Positions 37,278-49,000 of a DNA stretch of 49,523 bases are shown in pieces. The stretch lies in the NCBI GenBank assembly GCA_964455785.1, contig CAYWBV010000002.1, positions 1 to 49,523 of the forward strand, in the 5' to 3' direction. Made by a program: the position numbers and the translations under genes. Each line of letters starts with the position of its first letter. Position 1 is the first letter of the stretch. The notes beneath the pieces are model-generated. The model had not been told where the DNA came from. It was given only the letters and a program-made list of their open reading frames with translations, and searched no databases. The stretch is from an uncultured Maribellus sp. (GTDB lineage Bacteria > Bacteroidota > Bacteroidia > Bacteroidales > Prolixibacteraceae).

Positions 37278-39338
37278 TTATCGAGTTTCAATTTTATAAT
37301 TACATTTATCAGCCCACCGATTATGAAAACATCCCATTTCACTAATCGGAATTCTTTGGATATTATATGAATGAAGGATTTCAGGAGAACAGAAATAAGA
37401 CAATGATTTCCCTCCCGAATCAATTTGCGGATTATTTGAGTCAAGCAGTTTTATACCAGCGGTGCTAAGTACTTTGAGGGGTGTATCAACCAACAGGTTG
37501 TTTCTGAAAACATTCAAATCGATATCTTCACCAAGCCGCTTCAATTCCGGGTATCTTTCCCGGAATAGAGGGGAATTCACGTCCACTTTTTTGAAGATGG
37601 CTCTTTTCATGTCGTCGGAATTAAAATTTTTCAACCATTCCCCTTCTTCGGAAGGAGTCAGGGAAAGGGCATGCGGGCATTGAAAAAAGAGATTATCTTC
37701 GATCGCGTTCTCGTTCCCCGCATGAATCTGAACCGCCCCAAACATTTTATTTCCGCACCGGTCGAAGATATTCCCGTAAATTTTGAATCCGCTGATCATA
37801 TCGTCAAGGCGAATGGCTGCCGTTCCGCAATGGGTTCCTCCCTGAATTTTTGCCCACCGGTTGTATCGGAATACAATTCCGCGGGAGGACAAATCAAAAT
37901 ACGTATCAACTGCCCCCTGATCATCGGATTCCTGAACAACATTTTCAATCCAGTTGTATTCGTAAATGAGATCATTACCATCGATTCCAATCGCCGATGA
38001 AGGAGCACAGGTAATCTGGTTGTGTGTTGCAATAATCCCGCAGCCCGCCAGATTAATGGCCCCACAATAAGTCCGCTGAAAAATGGAAAAATTATTGATG
38101 ATATTTTCCTCGACACGATGATGGGACGGAGTCAGCGTTTTTCGTTGTCCACCCCTGCAATCAATTCCGCCCCTTCCGAGTTGCTGCAGAAGATTACCTT
38201 TAATTGTGTGATTTATGCCATTGCTGACAATTATTCCGTTACCGCTAATCCTTTCCAGCCGGCAATTTTCAACTGTACAATTCCGGCCATTTTTTAGGTT
38301 TATACAATTGCCCCGTGTTTCATAAAAAGTCAGTCCGTCCACACTGACATATTCACAATCGTTGACGGAAAGCATAAATTCGGAAGTGAGATTTGAGTAG
38401 ATCAGCTCATTTTCTTTGTTATTTGGGTTCACATTCGCAGGAGCATACCAATATAATTTACCCAGTACCCTGTCGATGTAGTATTCGCCAATCGTATCCA
38501 GTTCGCATAAAAGGTTAGTTCCGTAAAAACTGAACCCATGTTTATACCCGAAGCCACAATATGGTTCCGGCAAATAAATTGTACGGGAATCCACATCAAA
38601 CTTTTCAATTTTTGAATATCCGTTGTCCCAATCCCAAAACCAATATCCAAATAGCCGGGGATCTTTTTCTTTCTCCCACTTATCGATTCGTTTGTCGGTA
38701 TATTTAAAAATGCCTTCAGCAGTGCCGGATGCTCCGTTCCATCTGGGTTGGATTACAGTTTTCCCGACAGCTTTTCCGCTTTTTGCAAAACCTTTGTTGG
38801 GCCAGCGGGCAATTGTTTGTACAACATGATTGAAATACAGGTCGGGACGCTGAAATTCTTTCAAAAGATCGCCAAAATTGGTAATTCCATTTGATTTTAA
38901 ATCTGCGACAAAGATATGCGGGTACGAATCTTCGGGAATAATCTTCTTGATGTCTTTGTCATGTGCTTTTTCCCATCGGGTCAGCCGGACACCTCCGGAG
39001 AATACCGGTTCTTCATTTCCATAAGCCTTGAAAGAAACCGGTGCCTTTTCTGTTCCACTACAGGACGGAGGGATAACAATAGTTTCGTTTACGGTATATT
39101 TCCCTTCACGAAAATAAACAACAACCGGGCTGTCCGGGGTTTCAGTCCGTGCAGAGGACACCATTTTTATACTTTTTTCAAAAGTCTGAACCGGGGCATT
39201 TATCGTTCCCTGATTATGGTCGTTGCCATTCGGTGAGACATATATAAAAAGTGTATCATTTTCAATACTCCATACTGGAAATGAAGAAATCAGAAATATA
39301 AATAAGACTATTGTTTTAAAGATTTTATCCAGGATCAT
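37278..39338 (-). CDS. Secreted right-handed beta-helix protein, GH141-like
   Basis: IYVSPNGND..GT..AP; VYFREGKY; FKAYGNEEPVFSGG; ARWPN; ELDTIGEYY; DDQGA; IRLDD. ATG 39338 avoids overlap with upstream gene. Confidence 0.75.
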   Translation of the reverse strand: MILDKIFKTIVLFIFLISSFPVWSIENDTLFIYVSPNGNDHNQGTINAPVQTFEKSIKMVSSARTETPDSPVVVYFREGKYTVNETIVIPPSCSGTEKAPVSFKAYGNEEPVFSGGVRLTRWEKAHDKDIKKIIPEDSYPHIFVADLKSNGITNFGDLLKEFQRPDLYFNHVVQTIARWPNKGFAKSGKAVGKTVIQPRWNGASGTAEGIFKYTDKRIDKWEKEKDPRLFGYWFWDWDNGYSKIEKFDVDSRTIYLPEPYCGFGYKHGFSFYGTNLLCELDTIGEYYIDRVLGKLYWYAPANVNPNNKENELIYSNLTSEFMLSVNDCEYVSVDGLTFYETRGNCINLKNGRNCTVENCRLERISGNGIIVSNGINHTIKGNLLQQLGRGGIDCRGGQRKTLTPSHHRVEENIINNFSIFQRTYCGAINLAGCGIIATHNQITCAPSSAIGIDGNDLIYEYNWIENVVQESDDQGAVDTYFDLSSRGIVFRYNRWAKIQGGTHCGTAAIRLDDMISGFKIYGNIFDRCGNKMFGAVQIHAGNENAIEDNLFFQCPHALSLTPSEEGEWLKNFNSDDMKRAIFKKVDVNSPLFRERYPELKRLGEDIDLNVFRNNLLVDTPLKVLSTAGIKLLDSNNPQIDSGGKSLSYFCSPEILHSYNIQRIPISEMGCFHNRWADKCNYKIETR

Positions 39339-39348
39339 ATTGGTTTTT

Positions 39349-42093
39349 TTATTTTTTTGAATCCGGCAATACAACAGATGAAGTAAAGAAGTACTCTCCG
39401 GAGCCAATTCTCAACACTGTTTTGCCGTTTTTTTCCCCGACTTTCGTAATCAGTTTATTTCCATCTATCGGTCGGGAACCTTCATAAATGATTCCGTCTG
39501 CCGTGTTGGGCAAATAAACATCTGCAAAAGTGTTGGGCGGAACAGTAACTGAATGCGTGTACTTTTTCCCTTCGATTTTCCAATGCGAAGAGATTGTGCC
39601 GTAAACCGATTCAAATGAACTTTGTGCTTCGTGTATCCGCGATGAAATGATCGGATTGATTATAATGTGTTTATATCCTGCACTTTCAGGAGCGTTCTGA
39701 ATGCCTCCGATATTCTTGTAAATCCAGTTCCCAACAGAACCTAAAGCTGTATGGTTGAATGAATTCATGGATGGATCCTGAAATGTGCTGTCCGGTTTCA
39801 GCCCGTCCCATCGTTCCCACATAGTAGTCGCCCCCGATTTAACCTGGTACAGCCACGAAGGATATTTCTCATTAAGCAGCAACTGAAAAGCAACATCATT
39901 CCGGTTATATTTGGTCAGCACATCATTGATCAGCGGAGCGCCAAGAAACCCGCAGGTAATAAAACCGAATGAATTAATATCATTTACCAACCGGTTGACT
40001 GCCTGATCGACCAAATGATCAGGGAACAGATCGGCATAGAGTGCCAGAACGTAAGCTGTCTGAGTATTGGAATTTAGGCGGCCGTTTTCAGTAATATATT
40101 CTTTTATAAAAGCCTCTTTTCGTTTCTGGTACAGATTCTTGTAAAACTGTACGTCTTCCGGTTTGTTCAATACACGGGCAATTTGCGACAACAGTCGTGT
40201 CGCAATTGCCGTGTATGCGTCCGCTATCAGATGTTTGTCCGTATAAGCTCCCTGGTATCGGGGCTCTTTACTTGCATAAGCCAACCAGTCGCTCCCCCAA
40301 TAAGAATTTGTCCAAAGTTCATTGGTCGAACTATTTTCACAAAACACCGACCATGCCTTCATGTTATCGTAGAGTTCGTTCAGAATGCTCGTGTTGCCAT
40401 ACGTTTTGTACAGTTCCCAGGGGACGATAATACCGGCATCGCCCCAGCCCGGATCGCCCGGGGAATCGCCCCACATATCGGGGGCAATCATCGGGAAACT
40501 TCCGTTTTTAAACTGCCCGGCCTGAAGTTCCCGCACCCATTTTTCGAGAATCATATTGACATCTGCAAGATAACAGGCAGTAGGTGCAAAAAGCTGAACA
40601 TCGCATGACCATCCATACCGCTCGTCCCGCTGCGGGCAGTCGATCGGGATGTCCATATAATTTCCACGAAAAGACCATAAAATATTATTATGGAGTTTGT
40701 TGATCAACGTATCGGAGCAGTTGAATGTCCCGGTTTGTTCCTTCGCCGATGTTCTCACAATGGCTTTAAATGAACCGAGTGATACATTTTTGAGCCCTTC
40801 AACTTTTACATACCGGAATCCGCAAAACATAAACTGAGGCTCATATTCTTCTATACCTTCTCCTTTAAAAGTATAAACTGAAGCAGCGCGGGCCAGTCTG
40901 TAATTATCATTATAAAAATTTCCCTCTTTGTCAAGCATCTCACCAAACACAAGTTTCATCTTTGTGCCTTTTGGAGCCTGTAACCTGGAACGGACAACAC
41001 CAACGAGGTTTTGCCCGAAGTCGATAACAGTTTCGCCTTTGGGCGTTTTGAGCAGGGCAACCGGATCGACTTCCATAAAGTTGCTCATAAAAGGAGCTTC
41101 ATTCCCTTGCAATAAGGACTTTTTAAAAATTGTTTTTGGTTTGACTCCCTTCCAGTTTTTGTCGTTGTAGCCCGCTTTGTTCCAGTTGCCAAGTTCTTTG
41201 GTCGCATCATAGTCCTGGCCATCGTAGTAGTTCGCAAGCCGAATCGGGCCTATATTGGATTTCCAGCTTTCATCTGTTACTACTTTATTTGTTGTTCCGT
41301 CTTTATACGTGATTTCCAACTGAGCGAAAGCCCCTAAAATGTAATAGATTTCCTCGTCTTTCTTCTGAAAAAAGGTGGAATAACCATCGCCAATGACGAT
41401 CCCGATTACATTTTCACCTTTGTTCAGGAAATTGGTCACGTCGTAGGTTTGGTAGAGCCAGCGTTTCCGGAAGGTAGTCCAGCCCGGGGCAAACAAATTA
41501 CCGGTGACCTTTTCCCCATTCAGCGAGAGGTCGTAAATACCATTGGTCGTTATGTACAACCGGGCTTTTTCTATTGGTTTTTCAATCGAAAAACTTTTCC
41601 TTAGATACGGTGAGGGATCGGCTCTTTTTATCAGTGTTTCCAACTGAGGAATAATCATTTCTGCCCGCCAGTCATCGGGGCTTAAAAGTCCCATTTCAAA
41701 AAAAACAGGCTCGCTCCAAACCGATTTTTCATCTTTTGTATTCCATACCCTGACCTGCCAGTAAACCCGTTGACGGGATTTCAGAGAATCTCCTTCATAA
41801 TAGACTTCAATGGAATTATCACTGGCAACTTTCCCGCTATCCCATAACAACCTTTTATTATTTTTCAAATCGGAAACAGACTCTGCCGCCCGCACCTGGT
41901 AGGCTGACTGAAAGAATCCCTTCTCGTCGGTTCTGATTTTCCAGCTCAACCGGGGATTCCCGGAATCTATTCCAAGCGGATTTTTCTGATAGTTTGTTTT
42001 CAGGCCAACCGGAGAATGTACAGCTTGAACAGTAAGCGTAAAAAAACACCAACTGATTAGCAGACAAAAAATCGATCGCATACGTATTGTCAT
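39349..42093 (-). CDS. GH78 alpha-L-rhamnosidase
   Basis: NPLGID..PRLSW; LWDSGKV; DFGQNLVG; GFRYV; DCPQRDER; GATTMWERW; MNSFNH. Confidence 0.95.
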   Translation of the reverse strand: MTIRMRSIFCLLISWCFFTLTVQAVHSPVGLKTNYQKNPLGIDSGNPRLSWKIRTDEKGFFQSAYQVRAAESVSDLKNNKRLLWDSGKVASDNSIEVYYEGDSLKSRQRVYWQVRVWNTKDEKSVWSEPVFFEMGLLSPDDWRAEMIIPQLETLIKRADPSPYLRKSFSIEKPIEKARLYITTNGIYDLSLNGEKVTGNLFAPGWTTFRKRWLYQTYDVTNFLNKGENVIGIVIGDGYSTFFQKKDEEIYYILGAFAQLEITYKDGTTNKVVTDESWKSNIGPIRLANYYDGQDYDATKELGNWNKAGYNDKNWKGVKPKTIFKKSLLQGNEAPFMSNFMEVDPVALLKTPKGETVIDFGQNLVGVVRSRLQAPKGTKMKLVFGEMLDKEGNFYNDNYRLARAASVYTFKGEGIEEYEPQFMFCGFRYVKVEGLKNVSLGSFKAIVRTSAKEQTGTFNCSDTLINKLHNNILWSFRGNYMDIPIDCPQRDERYGWSCDVQLFAPTACYLADVNMILEKWVRELQAGQFKNGSFPMIAPDMWGDSPGDPGWGDAGIIVPWELYKTYGNTSILNELYDNMKAWSVFCENSSTNELWTNSYWGSDWLAYASKEPRYQGAYTDKHLIADAYTAIATRLLSQIARVLNKPEDVQFYKNLYQKRKEAFIKEYITENGRLNSNTQTAYVLALYADLFPDHLVDQAVNRLVNDINSFGFITCGFLGAPLINDVLTKYNRNDVAFQLLLNEKYPSWLYQVKSGATTMWERWDGLKPDSTFQDPSMNSFNHTALGSVGNWIYKNIGGIQNAPESAGYKHIIINPIISSRIHEAQSSFESVYGTISSHWKIEGKKYTHSVTVPPNTFADVYLPNTADGIIYEGSRPIDGNKLITKVGEKNGKTVLRIGSGEYFFTSSVVLPDSKK

Positions 42094-42193
42094 TTTAGAA
42101 TGAATAATAACATCTTGTTTTTAAAACGGTAATGTTCTTCTCTTATCAACTTCCTTACTTCCTACAGATCATGTTTTTCTGGGGAAAAGACTT

Positions 42194-42937
42194 TTAATTA
42201 AAGTCTCTGATCCAGATATTCCGGTAACTCACTTTGCATCCGTGATCCTGAATTGTAATTCCGCCTCTTTCTTTCGCAACAATGGTATCATTAAACGTTG
42301 TTCCGTAGATGACTGCGTTATTCTGAATTAAAATACCATTCAGCATAACGGTTACCCGGGGATTCGTCCTGAACGTACCATCAGGATTGAAAGTCGGAGC
42401 AGTGAAAATGATGTCATAAGCATTCCATTCTCCGGGTTTCCGGAGTGGGTTCACCAGTGGCGGATGTTGTTTATAAATCGCTCCGGCCTGCCCGTTGACG
42501 TAGGTTTTGTTATTGTTATTGAAAGTTTCCAAAACCTGGATTTCGTAAAGCCCGTGAAGAAAAATTCCGCTGTTTCCGCGCATCTGACCTTCTCCGGTTA
42601 TATCAGCAGGGTGCATCCATTCGATATGAAGCTGAAAACTGCCAAACTCCTTTTTGGTAAAAATATCGCCAGCCCCTTCTTCAACTGTTACCATCCCGTC
42701 ATGAATATTCCACTCAGGATACCCTTTTTGGCAGGCCCATTCCGATAAATTTTCCCCATTAAACAAGGAAATCGCATCAGATGGTGCGGCAATACCACCG
42801 TCAGCAGATATTACGCCGGGGGTTACAACATTAGGCAATGGACTATTGTAATCTTTAAAAACAGGTACCTGGGAAAAACATTGTGTGCTTATAAATACAG
42901 CTACAATAAGATTAACAGAAATTCTGATCATTTTCAT
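42194..42937 (-). CDS. DUF1080 (3-keto-disaccharide hydrolase family) secreted protein
   Basis: APSDAISLFNG; FQLHIEW; RGNSGIFL; YEIQVL; GEWNAYDIIF; IQDHG..VSYRNIWIR. Confidence 0.92.
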   Translation of the reverse strand: MKMIRISVNLIVAVFISTQCFSQVPVFKDYNSPLPNVVTPGVISADGGIAAPSDAISLFNGENLSEWACQKGYPEWNIHDGMVTVEEGAGDIFTKKEFGSFQLHIEWMHPADITGEGQMRGNSGIFLHGLYEIQVLETFNNNNKTYVNGQAGAIYKQHPPLVNPLRKPGEWNAYDIIFTAPTFNPDGTFRTNPRVTVMLNGILIQNNAVIYGTTFNDTIVAKERGGITIQDHGCKVSYRNIWIRDFN

Positions 42938-42954
42938 CGTTCTAATTGTTGATA

Positions 42955-44142
42955 TTATTTTGTTTTTGAGGATTCAGTTAAATTATTGTCGAATTTGTAT
43001 GTTCCACTGGTGATTTTACTTCCCTGCCCGGCAACAAAACTGATCGCTTTCAGACGGCATGGTTGCTTCAGAACAACAGGATTTGTGTAAGGCAAAGAAG
43101 AAGTTGTTGGGACACTTCCATCGATTGTGTAAAATATTTCAGCATCCGGATGATCGGTACGCATATAAATTTCAACCGAGTCTTTAAAAGTTCCGTCAGC
43201 AGGCATAACAAGGGGCATTGGCGAATAATGCGCATCCGATTTCGGCTCGAAAGCTGTATGAATAAATTTTCCGACGCATTCATCGGGCATGGAAACTCCC
43301 AGTAATCCGGCCACGGTTGAGGCAATATCTGCAATCATATTACTCTGCTCAATTAATTTTCCTTTGGTAACATTTCCACCATAGAGTAAAATCGGGATTT
43401 CCAGTTCATTTGGGGTCTCACCGCCATGTCCTTTGTGGATTCCCCCGTGATCGGCAGTTACAATCAGTACCGTTTCGTCGAGCATATTTTGGGACTTCAA
43501 ACGGTCAACCAGGCTCCCAATAATCGAATCGTATTTGGTGATACAATCAAAATATTCTTGCGATTCGTGGCCGGCAGCATGGCCGACATGATCGGGCTCG
43601 TCAACCGCAACAAACAAAAATTCAGGTTTGTCAGCAAAAAATGAGTCAATCCCTTTATTGAGAAGTTGTACTCCATTTTCTATCCGCTCTACTTTGTCCG
43701 GGACAGTCAAATCGAACATCCTCCCCAATCCGCCCCATTCATAAAACAGGTAAACTTTATCTTCGGGCTTTTGGCTTTTTATCAGGTCAAAAACAGATGG
43801 GAAAAATCCTGCTTTATTCTTCAGGATTGGTTCAATCTGGTGCTTATCTGGTTCCCAACCGTTCGAAGTGATCCCGTGCTGGTTCGGGATTGCACCACTC
43901 AGCATGGTCATCCAGTTTTGGCTGCTCGACGACTCAAGAATGCACCGGGCATTGATGGATAACGCACCGTTTTGAGCCATCTCATTCATTCTAGGCGTCG
44001 CGGCTTTCTGAAAACCAAAACTGCTGACACCATCAAGGCCTATCAGTATAACATGTTTGGAACGGGGGCCCGAATCCTTTTTTGTACAGGAGAAAGTAGT
44101 AAAAATCCCCAAAATCATTAAAAGATATATTTTCTTCATCAC
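42955..44142 (-). CDS. Alkaline phosphatase superfamily (NPP/type I phosphodiesterase-like) lipoprotein with C-terminal CHB_HEX/Fn3-associated domain
   Basis: Lipobox TFSC; HVILIGLDG; SSSQNWMTMLSG; DEPDHVGH; VTADHGG; HGG; IFYTIDGSVPT..YTNP. Confidence 0.9.
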   Translation of the reverse strand: MMKKIYLLMILGIFTTFSCTKKDSGPRSKHVILIGLDGVSSFGFQKAATPRMNEMAQNGALSINARCILESSSSQNWMTMLSGAIPNQHGITSNGWEPDKHQIEPILKNKAGFFPSVFDLIKSQKPEDKVYLFYEWGGLGRMFDLTVPDKVERIENGVQLLNKGIDSFFADKPEFLFVAVDEPDHVGHAAGHESQEYFDCITKYDSIIGSLVDRLKSQNMLDETVLIVTADHGGIHKGHGGETPNELEIPILLYGGNVTKGKLIEQSNMIADIASTVAGLLGVSMPDECVGKFIHTAFEPKSDAHYSPMPLVMPADGTFKDSVEIYMRTDHPDAEIFYTIDGSVPTTSSLPYTNPVVLKQPCRLKAISFVAGQGSKITSGTYKFDNNLTESSKTK

Positions 44143-44424
44143 TTATATTTTTAAAGTTTGATTATTCAAATTTTGTTTTAGCCTTTGGGTTTTAGGCATT
44201 TTAGACAAAAAGAGAGTGTGTCTATTTGTCGTGGATAAAAGAGATTAATTGTTTTCCTGCGCCATTGCAGCATTTCCGATGAAAAGTAACGCCACAATAA
44301 AATGTATTCTCACCAGAAAACAAACCTAAATATGTCTCTTTTCTGAGAAAAACCTTTTGAATTCAAATAAAGGATGGTGATAATATCCATCCTTAAAATA
44401 TTCAAAAAAATAAGAGTAAAATCA

Positions 44425-44451
44425 GGAGAGAAGATTTTAAATCTTCTCTCC
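44425..44451 (-). terminator. Hairpin terminator/attenuator directly downstream of susD
   Basis: 12-bp perfect arms ggagagaagatt / aatcttctctcc followed on - strand by tgattttactcttattttttt. Confidence 0.7.
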
Positions 44452-44461
44452 CTAACTGATT

Positions 44462-46066
44462 CTATTTGTAGCGTTTTGTGTCCCACCAAACACGAACATG
44501 TTCACCATCTCCCTGGCCCTGGTTCAGGGATTCATCGAGAGCATTGGTATTGCCTTGCTTTTCGGCATCGGTATATGGAAGTTTTTTGAGGAACTCACCT
44601 TGTTTAACATTATCAATATCAACATGAACAGGTGGAATTAATTCCGGATACCCGGTACGCCGGAATTCGATCCAGGCTTCCTGCCCGTTTGGATAAAGGG
44701 CAAGCCATTTTTGTGTGATAATTTTTTTGAGATTTGTTTCGAAATTGTCTCCCGAATTGTATTTAACATTCCCTCCATTAATATATGCTTCATCATCGGC
44801 CGTTGAATATTTGGCAGCATTCACGCCATCTCTAAATTCTTCAAATGAAGCCCTGATTCCATTTTCATAATTTGTTTTGGCATCACCAGCTCCAGCCCAG
44901 CCTCTTAATGCTGCTTCAGCTTTCAGGAAACAAAGTTCAGCATAATTGAACACGACACGCGGTTTGTTGGAAACGCCCAATTCTGCAGATGGATCATTCG
45001 GAATATTATCTCCCGGTTTATAATCATTCCAGTTTGTCCCCCAATAATATCCCCAGGGTTGGGATGTATTGTCTTTTGAATATTCTCCATCCAGTTCCGA
45101 AGCAAGCAGTCCGTTAGGCATTCCACGGAAAGGTTCAGTTGATTCATTTGTTAAGTAATCTCGTGTTTTAGCAAACCAAAGCGTAAGCCGCGGATCCACA
45201 ACTGAGCTTTCGGCCTTCAGTGTATTCATCATAAAAGCGCTGGCCGTAACATCTCCCCAGTTATTAATATAATACAGTGGATGTCCCTGATCATCTGTGC
45301 CAATATTGACGATATAAGAAGCATTTTCGGCATTGTTCTCAAATGAGATATCAGCCAATGCCAGTTCTCCTTCAGTTTTTGCTTTAACCGGATCAATAAA
45401 CGAAATCCGGAGTGCGAGGCGCAACCGTTCAGCATTGGCCAGTTTTATCCACTTTTTTTCATCTCCGAAATACATGATGTCCTGTAGTGCTGTAAACTTC
45501 GTTTGTTTCGTATTTGAGCGAAGTTTTGCAACAGCATCTTTTAATTCTTCAAAAAGAGTATAATAGATATCTTTCTGCGCATCAAAATGGGGTTCCATAA
45601 TACCTTGCCCTGCTTCGGAATATGGAATATCACCAAATAAATCGGTAGTTTTCTGTGCCCCGATAGCGTCAATAATCCGGAAGATTTGATACATGTTACT
45701 ATATTCCGGATATTCGTCAAGGAAAGTGAAAACATTCCAGCGGCGTGTAACCCCATATTTATAATATGGGCTCCAGAGTCCTATTTCAATCCAATCTGTT
45801 CGGGTTAAATACCGGTCGGTGGTAAACGAACTTTGTGCATTTCCGTAATATTGTGCAAACAAGTCGGTATGCAACTGATCTCCTAATTCATAAGAGTAAG
45901 TACTGCAATTAAACAATCCATTTTGTATGGATTTAAACAATAAGTATCCCGGATTTACATTGTTCGTAGTAAATTTACTCGTATTTAAATCCTCGAAATC
46001 TTTTGTACAACCAAGGAATACTGACAATAATACAATAAAGATTAATGATTTATATCTTTTTTTCAT
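44462..46066 (-). CDS. susD: SusD-like surface lipoprotein (SusD-like_2 type)
   Basis: Lipobox FLGC; TDLFGDIPYSEA; KWIKLAN..RLRLALRIS; YAELCFLKAEAALRGW; IITQKWLA; EAWIEFRRTGYP; VWWD. Confidence 0.95.
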   Translation of the reverse strand: MKKRYKSLIFIVLLSVFLGCTKDFEDLNTSKFTTNNVNPGYLLFKSIQNGLFNCSTYSYELGDQLHTDLFAQYYGNAQSSFTTDRYLTRTDWIEIGLWSPYYKYGVTRRWNVFTFLDEYPEYSNMYQIFRIIDAIGAQKTTDLFGDIPYSEAGQGIMEPHFDAQKDIYYTLFEELKDAVAKLRSNTKQTKFTALQDIMYFGDEKKWIKLANAERLRLALRISFIDPVKAKTEGELALADISFENNAENASYIVNIGTDDQGHPLYYINNWGDVTASAFMMNTLKAESSVVDPRLTLWFAKTRDYLTNESTEPFRGMPNGLLASELDGEYSKDNTSQPWGYYWGTNWNDYKPGDNIPNDPSAELGVSNKPRVVFNYAELCFLKAEAALRGWAGAGDAKTNYENGIRASFEEFRDGVNAAKYSTADDEAYINGGNVKYNSGDNFETNLKKIITQKWLALYPNGQEAWIEFRRTGYPELIPPVHVDIDNVKQGEFLKKLPYTDAEKQGNTNALDESLNQGQGDGEHVRVWWDTKRYK

Positions 46067-46078
46067 CGGATCAAATTT

Positions 46079-49000
46079 TTAAAAGTTAATATTTACAGAA
46101 AACCCGTATGAACGAGTCGGTGGCAATGAACAGTATTCAAAAGCCTGGCCTTCATCACTGGTTGAATAAGATCCTTCCGGATTAACATCAGAAGCTTTCC
46201 AAAAATAGAACAAGTTACTGCCGACGAACGAAAGTTTAATCTGTTCGACAGGAAGATTCTGATAAAGTTTTTTCGGCAGGCTGTAAGCTAAAGAAAGCTG
46301 ACGCATTTTTATAAAAGAAGCATCGCGCATAAATTCTTCTGCAAGGGGATAGTAACCGTTACTCCCGCAAATGTAGGTATAGTAGTCCTGCAGAGCAACA
46401 TTAGTAGTATTAACTTCTCCTGTTGATTTTACAATTCCATCAACAACAATCCCATTTTCACGGTTTAATGTTTTTGCCGAAGTCCCTGCATAGCACGCAT
46501 GAACATCAGTAAAAGAAAGGAAGTCGCCACCGCTTTTTACATCGATCAAAGCACGCAGGTTAAAATTTTTCCATCTCAGGCTACTTACAAACGAACCTGT
46601 CCAGTCAGGAGAAATATTACCCACAATTTTTAGTTGCTCCTTAATGGGCATCCCATTATCGCCGATCAGTTTGTTGCCATTTTCATCATAAGAATAACCA
46701 TCTCCAACGATTTCACCAAATTGATGGCCAGGCATACACCGGACATATACATTACGGGTGGAACCCATGTCCTTGTAATTAACCCCTTCAACCAATTCCA
46801 CACATTCTGACTTATTCTTGCCCCAGTTTATTGTGTTGGTCCATTCCCAGTCTTTTGTTTGAACAGGAGTTCCTGTCAATGTAATTTCCCAACCTTTTGA
46901 AACCACTTTTCCTGCATTAATCAAAGCCGTTTTATAACCGGAAGAAAGGGCTGTTTCAACCGACAAAATTTGGTTTGTTGTCTGGGCATCATAGTAAGTA
47001 ACATCCAGTCCCAACCGATTTTTTAATACACGTATTTCAATACCACCTTCGGTTGACTCCATCATTTGTGGTTTTAAATTCGTAATGGGATAAGCTGTAT
47101 TCGGGTTTGCTTCTGTCCCGTAATTAGGGATTGAACCTATACTATATTCATTTTTCAACTGATAAGGGCTTGTAGCACTCCCAACCCGGGCCCATGACAC
47201 TCGTCCTTTCAAAAACGAAATCAGTTCAGGTAATTCAAACATTTCGGAAAAAATTCCGGACATACTCACAGATGGGTAAAAATAAGACCAGCTATTCTTC
47301 GGCAGAGTGGAAGACCAGTCGTTCCTGCCGGTTAACTCGAGATATACATAATCGCGGAAACCGATGCTGGCATTTCCCAGAACAGAGTTTAGCCGTTGAG
47401 TGGAATAGGATTCAGAAGCAGTTATATTCTGGGCACTGTTCCTTAGAATTGCTAATCCCGGAATCGTAAAACCTCCTACCGTTTTAGCACTAAGCCCCGA
47501 ACTCTTTGGCTGGTAACGTGATACACCTCCGTTGGCAATGATTTGGAAATCGTGAACCCGTTTATTAAAATTCAGCATCAAATCCATATTAATATCCTCT
47601 GCCCATGATTGATCTGTTGAATAATACTGATCATAAATGGCGCGTGAGGCAAGCGTAAGAGTCGTCTGGTCGGATGATGTTGAAACATTATAATCGATTG
47701 AAGCACGGCCTGTTAAATGTAAATATTCGGTAAATTTGACAATCGCTTCTGCACGTCCGATAAAACGGTTCCTTACACTCTGGGTATCATTTCCTTTTGT
47801 AGCATACAAAAAAGGATTTGACCGGTTATTGCTTGAAACATAATTGACCGTAAATCCGGTTAGTGGATCAACTAGATTCGACAAATCATCGAGATCAATA
47901 TTATTGGGCATCATAACCAGCCATTTCATCGCCCCTTTATCTCCTGTGGACATAATATTATTCCTGGTAGCGCGAACAACATTTATCCCCACATTTACAT
48001 CCAGAAATTTACTGCTGAAGTTTGTGTTCGTATTGATATTGGTGCGGTTATATTCGTGGCGGGGGGTAATACCGGTATTTCTGGAATCAGTTACAGAAAC
48101 AATTGATTTCAGTTTCTTTGAACCTCCGCTAATCGTAACTGTATTATTGTACATGTGCCCTGTTCTGTAAAACTGATTCAGATAATCTCCATGGGAGCTA
48201 TAAACAGCTTCTGTGTTTTCTTCGTCTTTCCAATACTTATTGCGCCAATGCTGGACAACAGATCCATCCAGCTTTCCACCCCAGGAGAATTGTGATGTTA
48301 CATTAAAAACACCTTTTGTTCCTTGCCCGTATTCATACTGGAAATCATACTGGTCATATGGAGCTTCCCACGTATAGGTTCCGTTATATTCAACGGAGAG
48401 TCTTTCAGAACTCCCCCGTTTCGTTGTTACAACAATTACCCCGTTCTTGGCGCGGGAACCATATAATGCCGAAGCGTTTGCACCTTTTAAAACCGAAACC
48501 GATTCGACATTATCCAGATTTAAGTCATTGATACTACCTCCGGTATCAGAACCTCCACCCCATCCACCGCCACCGGTGGTATTTCCTTTGACTGGCATTC
48601 CATCGATAACCCAAAGCGGGGATCCGGCGCTCAATCCGGTCTGGCCACGAAGAACAATACGGGTTGAACCACCGGGGCCTGTTGCATTTGACGATATCTG
48701 CGCTCCGGCAACTTCCCCCTGCAAGGCTTGTGCAATAGAAGTTATGGGTTTGTCGAGGCTTTCTCCTTTCAGTTCCTGCATGGCAAAGCCCAACGCTTTC
48801 TTTTCCCTCTTCATCCCTAAAGCAGTAACCACTACCTCATCTATCGACTGGTTATCAGTCGATAGTACAATATTAATAACAGATTTTGAACCGACCGGAA
48901 TAGTCTGGCTTTTCATTCCGATAAATGAAACCTGCAGAATTGCATCTTCAGGAATATTGGAAAGAGAATATGTGCCTTTGATATCAGTTACAGTTCCTTT

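Noticed and set aside
39339-39407. Apparent 59-bp overlap of the GH78 and beta-helix genes
   Set aside because: Artefact of an upstream alternative start; ATG at 39338 gives a normal signal peptide and no overlap.
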